Shown: one piece after another, positions 60,875-64,000 of the stretch
Layout: each line of letters opens with the position of its first letter
How positions within the stretch are numbered: the first letter of the stretch is position 1
From: an uncultured Verrucomicrobiae bacterium
Lineage (GTDB): Bacteria > Verrucomicrobiota > Verrucomicrobiia > Limisphaerales > Palsa-1400
DNA: 64,000 nt
Direction: 5' to 3'
Assembly (NCBI GenBank): GCA_963702845.1
Contig: OY969763.1
Span: 3,712,001 to 3,776,000 of the forward strand
Made by a program: the position numbers and the translations under genes
Notes under the pieces: generated by a model
Seen by the model: the letters and a program-made list of their open reading frames with translations, nothing else
What the model was told of the DNA's origin: nothing
Database searches by the model: none

Positions 60875-63800
60875 TCATGGAATTACCTGGACGCGATAGA
60901 GCTGGACGGTGTTCGTCGAGGTCGGCGTTTGCGTAAACGTTTGAGTGGATGCCTGGCCCGGCGGCGCGGGGTCGGTTTCGGTCGCGGCATCACGAGCGAT
61001 GTCGGTGAAGGGACCGCCGGCGCTCGAGGCGTATTGCAACCGGTATCGCTTGCCACCGATGGACGACCATGTGACGGTCAGCTGTCCATCCGGTTGCATG
61101 TTCGCGTCGAGAATCCGGAATGCGGACGTGGCGCTAGTCGGATCTGTCCCCGCGAGGTATTCGGCGTAATTACTTTGTCCATCGCCATCGTTATCGGCGG
61201 CAGAGTCGGTGATGCCGTAACGTGCTTTCCATTTCTCATAATCCCCTGCACTCACCAGGAAGGGATGGGTAGAGCCAGCGGAAGAATCCAGTTCAGCCGG
61301 CGTCAGCACTCGATTGTGGAAGCGTATGCGATCGAGATTGCCGGTGAACCAATTCGCGCCCTCCGATGCCGCTCCGATGGTAATCTCCCCACTTGTGCGA
61401 TAGCCCGCCCCGTTGGTGTAAACCACGGTGGCGGAGAGCGCCCCATCAATATAAAATTTCATGTCCGTGCCATCGGTGTGAACGACGGCCACATGATGCC
61501 ACGCTGCGTCATTCGGGACGGTCGCGGTGCTGGCGATGTCCTTAATCTTGAAGGTGGTGGTGAATAGCGTCCGGTTGGTGTTGATCGAAAATGCGAATCC
61601 CGGTTTGCGCTCGTATTGGAATAGAATAGCCCTTTGCGCCGGCGCGTAATTCAACGGCAGTTTTACCCAGGCCTCGAGGGTGTAGTCATCGTTGAACGGA
61701 TTAGGGCCGATGATCTGTTTCGGATCGGGAACGGTTATTTTTTTGAAGCCATTGAAATTGAGTGAGAAATCGCCGGTGTGACCGCTGGGTGAGTTGGTGT
61801 TCCACGGCGGTGTCGTTGTGCCGTCGGATTGCAAGCCGCCGACGGCATCGGTCACAGTCGTTCCCGTGCCCTCATCAAATGGGAAAGAGAATCCGATCGA
61901 ATGATTGGTCGTGCTGGTCAGGATGAAATCCGTGATCACCGGGTAATGGTCCGAAGCTTCAATCGTGTAGCCAACGAAAGCGTTGGTGGGCTTGATCGTC
62001 GTCCCGGTCGCCTTCCAAATGTAATCGATTCGCGCATTCAAATTATTCGGATATCCCGGCGAGGGAACCGTCCGGCCCAGGCCCCCATCTCCGGCGGTCG
62101 TCCAGCTATCATTCCAACTATCGTCCATTCGGCTGTAAACCGAGCTGTCGGGCGTGTCATTGAAATCCCCGCAAATCATCGTCGGAAAAGTTTCATCCAA
62201 GAGCCAGAGGTTGATGTTTGTCGCGCACATCAGCCGCTCGGTGCTGTCGGCGTGGAAATCCAAATGCGTGCTCTCGAAGGTGACGTACTTGCCGTTGACA
62301 TCGACGATCGCCTTGAGCCAGCCGCGTTGTTCGTTGCCGTTGATGTTCGGCAAGAGACGGTGATCGCGGAATAAAATCGGGAAGCTCGACAGGATTGCGT
62401 TTCCAAATTCCTGGCCAGCGGGGAGGCCTTGCATGTTGTTGCTGAAAACGAAGGGCAGGCCGGTTTTTTGCGAGATTTCGGCGATGATGTCGCGACCATT
62501 TGAGCGCGGCATGTTGCGAGCAACTTCGTTAAGAGAGATCAAATCGATGTGGTTTGTGGTGATGAAATTCGAGACGCGCGTTGTATCGATGTTGCCGGTT
62601 ACCGGGTCTGCGCCGGAGTGGATGTTGTAAGTCATCACGCGGAAGATGCTGTTGGTTTCCACGGCAATGACTTTGAGTGCGACGACGCCGGGAGTAATGA
62701 AAATCAGTGCGCGAAGGTTGGCTTTCAACCCCGAGCCGGTGATGACGGGGGTGAGGTTGAATGTGCCACTTCGCGTGCCGGTGTAGGTGAGCAGCGAGTA
62801 ACTTCCCGCGCCGAGTGTTCCGCCGGAGATGTTCACGGTGATCGTATTATTGTTGAGGGTCAGACCGCCGGTCACGCTGATGGCGCCGACGGCTCCGGTG
62901 GCGCCGTTGACTGGAATCGAAAGGCTGGAGCCGGAACCGAACGTCGTCGAACCGTTGATCGTGCCCGTTCCGGAGGCTGCCTCGCGTGTGACGGTTTGCG
63001 AGGCCGCAAAAGCAAAACCGGACGAAACGTTTAGCGTCGTGCCGCTGGCAATTGTGATCAGTGGCGAACTGGCGATGGAGCCGCTTGATCCAATCGTCAA
63101 AGCGCCGGAGTTGATCGTGGTGTTGCCGGTGTAGGTGTTGGCGGCGCTCAAGGTAAGCGTTCCCGCGTCGTTCTTCGTCAATGCTCCAGCACCACTGACT
63201 ACGCCACTGATTGTCGTGTTTCCGATGCCATCAACACTCAGCGTCTGGCCACCGCTGACGCCTCCGCTGATTGTTAGTGTTCCCGAATCAGATTGGACGG
63301 TTGACGCGCTACCGAGGGTAACGATTCCGCTCCAGCTATTATTGCCGCTGATGTTTCGCAACGCTCCGTTTCCGCTGATGCCGCTTCCATTAATTGTCAG
63401 CGGCTGAGCGCTGACGGCGATGCCGCCTTGCAGTTCCAAAGCGGTACCGCTGCTCACGCTCACCGCTCCTGCTCCGCCGAGCGCAGTGGCATTCTGAACA
63501 TTCAACACGCCACTGTTCACCGCCGTTGCACCGGTGAAAGTGCTCGCGCTGCTCAAGGTCAATGTGCCCGAACCCGCTTTGGCCAGACTCCCCGTCCCTG
63601 AAATGCTCCCCGCGTAGGTTGTCGAGTTACCGTCACCAACGGTCAACGTGCCCGCACCGAGATTGATCAGACTGCCCGTGCTGCCGGACAGAGAACCAAT
63701 CGTTTCGTTAAACCCATTCAAGTCCAACAGGCCACTGGCAGAAATCGTTACCGCCGAGGTTGAGATTTGATCGGCCGCCGCGAGTCGGACCACGTCCGCG

Positions 63801-64000
63801 CTTGCTCCTCCGACGCCATCGCCAACGGTGAGATTGCCCGCGACCGCATTGACGCCAGCGGTTTTCGCCAACAGAAGCGTTCCTGAATTTACAGTTGTCA
63901 GGCCGGAATACGTGTTGGCGCTCGCCCCTGAAAGTTGAAGTGTTCCCGCGCCATTTTTCGTCAGCGCACCCGCGCCGCTGATGATCCCGCTAACCGTAGT
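60875..64000 (-). CDS. large exoprotein: autotransporter-associated beta-strand repeats + EEP (endonuclease/exonuclease/phosphatase) + LamG + acidic C-terminal module (partial, start beyond window)
   Basis: Repeats LTKxGxGTLTLSxANTYTGxTxxNSG; EEP motifs TYNIH, LNE, THLD, GDFN, IDYI, SDHYP; LamG TLEAWV, WHHVAV, YIDG; DNDGDGQSNYAEYLAGTDP; frame open to base 64000. Confidence 0.88.
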   Translation of the reverse strand, partial: TTVSGIISGAGALTKNGAGTLQLSGASANTYSGLTTVNSGTLLLAKTAGVNAVAGNLTVGDGVGGASADVVRLAAADQISTSAVTISASGLLDLNGFNETIGSLSGSTGSLINLGAGTLTVGDGNSTTYAGSISGTGSLAKAGSGTLTLSSASTFTGATAVNSGVLNVQNATALGGAGAVSVSSGTALELQGGIAVSAQPLTINGSGISGNGALRNISGNNSWSGIVTLGSASTVQSDSGTLTISGGVSGGQTLSVDGIGNTTISGVVSGAGALTKNDAGTLTLSAANTYTGNTTINSGALTIGSSGSIASSPLITIASGTTLNVSSGFAFAASQTVTREAASGTGTINGSTTFGSGSSLSIPVNGATGAVGAISVTGGLTLNNNTITVNISGGTLGAGSYSLLTYTGTRSGTFNLTPVITGSGLKANLRALIFITPGVVALKVIAVETNSIFRVMTYNIHSGADPVTGNIDTTRVSNFITTNHIDLISLNEVARNMPRSNGRDIIAEISQKTGLPFVFSNNMQGLPAGQEFGNAILSSFPILFRDHRLLPNINGNEQRGWLKAIVDVNGKYVTFESTHLDFHADSTERLMCATNINLWLLDETFPTMICGDFNDTPDSSVYSRMDDSWNDSWTTAGDGGLGRTVPSPGYPNNLNARIDYIWKATGTTIKPTNAFVGYTIEASDHYPVITDFILTSTTNHSIGFSFPFDEGTGTTVTDAVGGLQSDGTTTPPWNTNSPSGHTGDFSLNFNGFKKITVPDPKQIIGPNPFNDDYTLEAWVKLPLNYAPAQRAILFQYERKPGFAFSINTNRTLFTTTFKIKDIASTATVPNDAAWHHVAVVHTDGTDMKFYIDGALSATVVYTNGAGYRTSGEITIGAASEGANWFTGNLDRIRFHNRVLTPAELDSSAGSTHPFLVSAGDYEKWKARYGITDSAADNDGDGQSNYAEYLAGTDPTSATSAFRILDANMQPDGQLTVTWSSIGGKRYRLQYASSAGGPFTDIARDAATETDPAPPGQASTQTFTQTPTSTNTVQLYRVQVIP

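Overview
Bacterial chromosomal segment, most likely Verrucomicrobiota subdivision 3 (Pedosphaera-like). The taxon is inferred from RpoB/RpoC/EF-Tu sequence character and from lineage-typical families (H-X9-DG pilin-like proteins, PATR/LamG exoprotein). The core is the minus-strand tRNA-Thr-tuf-tRNA-Trp-tRNA-Ser-secE-nusG-rplKAJL-rpoBC cluster (30.5-43.8 kb). It is flanked by housekeeping and accessory genes: uvrA, lspA, rluD, larA-like, proB, mazG, DUF748, GH97/GH120/nucleoside hydrolase, copA, M23 peptidase, BON proteins, a GH25 muramidase, a truncated REP-associated tyrosine transposase with its REPs, and a large PATR-EEP-LamG exoprotein that runs off the right end. At least six genes, including the essential rpoC, are broken by small indels, so most breaks are probably assembly errors. 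Most notable observations: (1) a palindromic heptamer-repeat element that encodes the signal peptide of the M23 peptidase; (2) a near-consensus promoter firing into an ORF-less spacer made of two 10-bp-periodic repeat modules (60.4-60.8 kb); (3) repeat or REP-like elements in most spacers of the ribosomal-protein operon; (4) a non-canonical EF-Tu switch I; (5) a three-way-junction leader before rplL; (6) an Asp-less FixJ-like regulator. No CRISPR array, prophage or rRNA was seen. All calls come from motif reading only; no searches were run.
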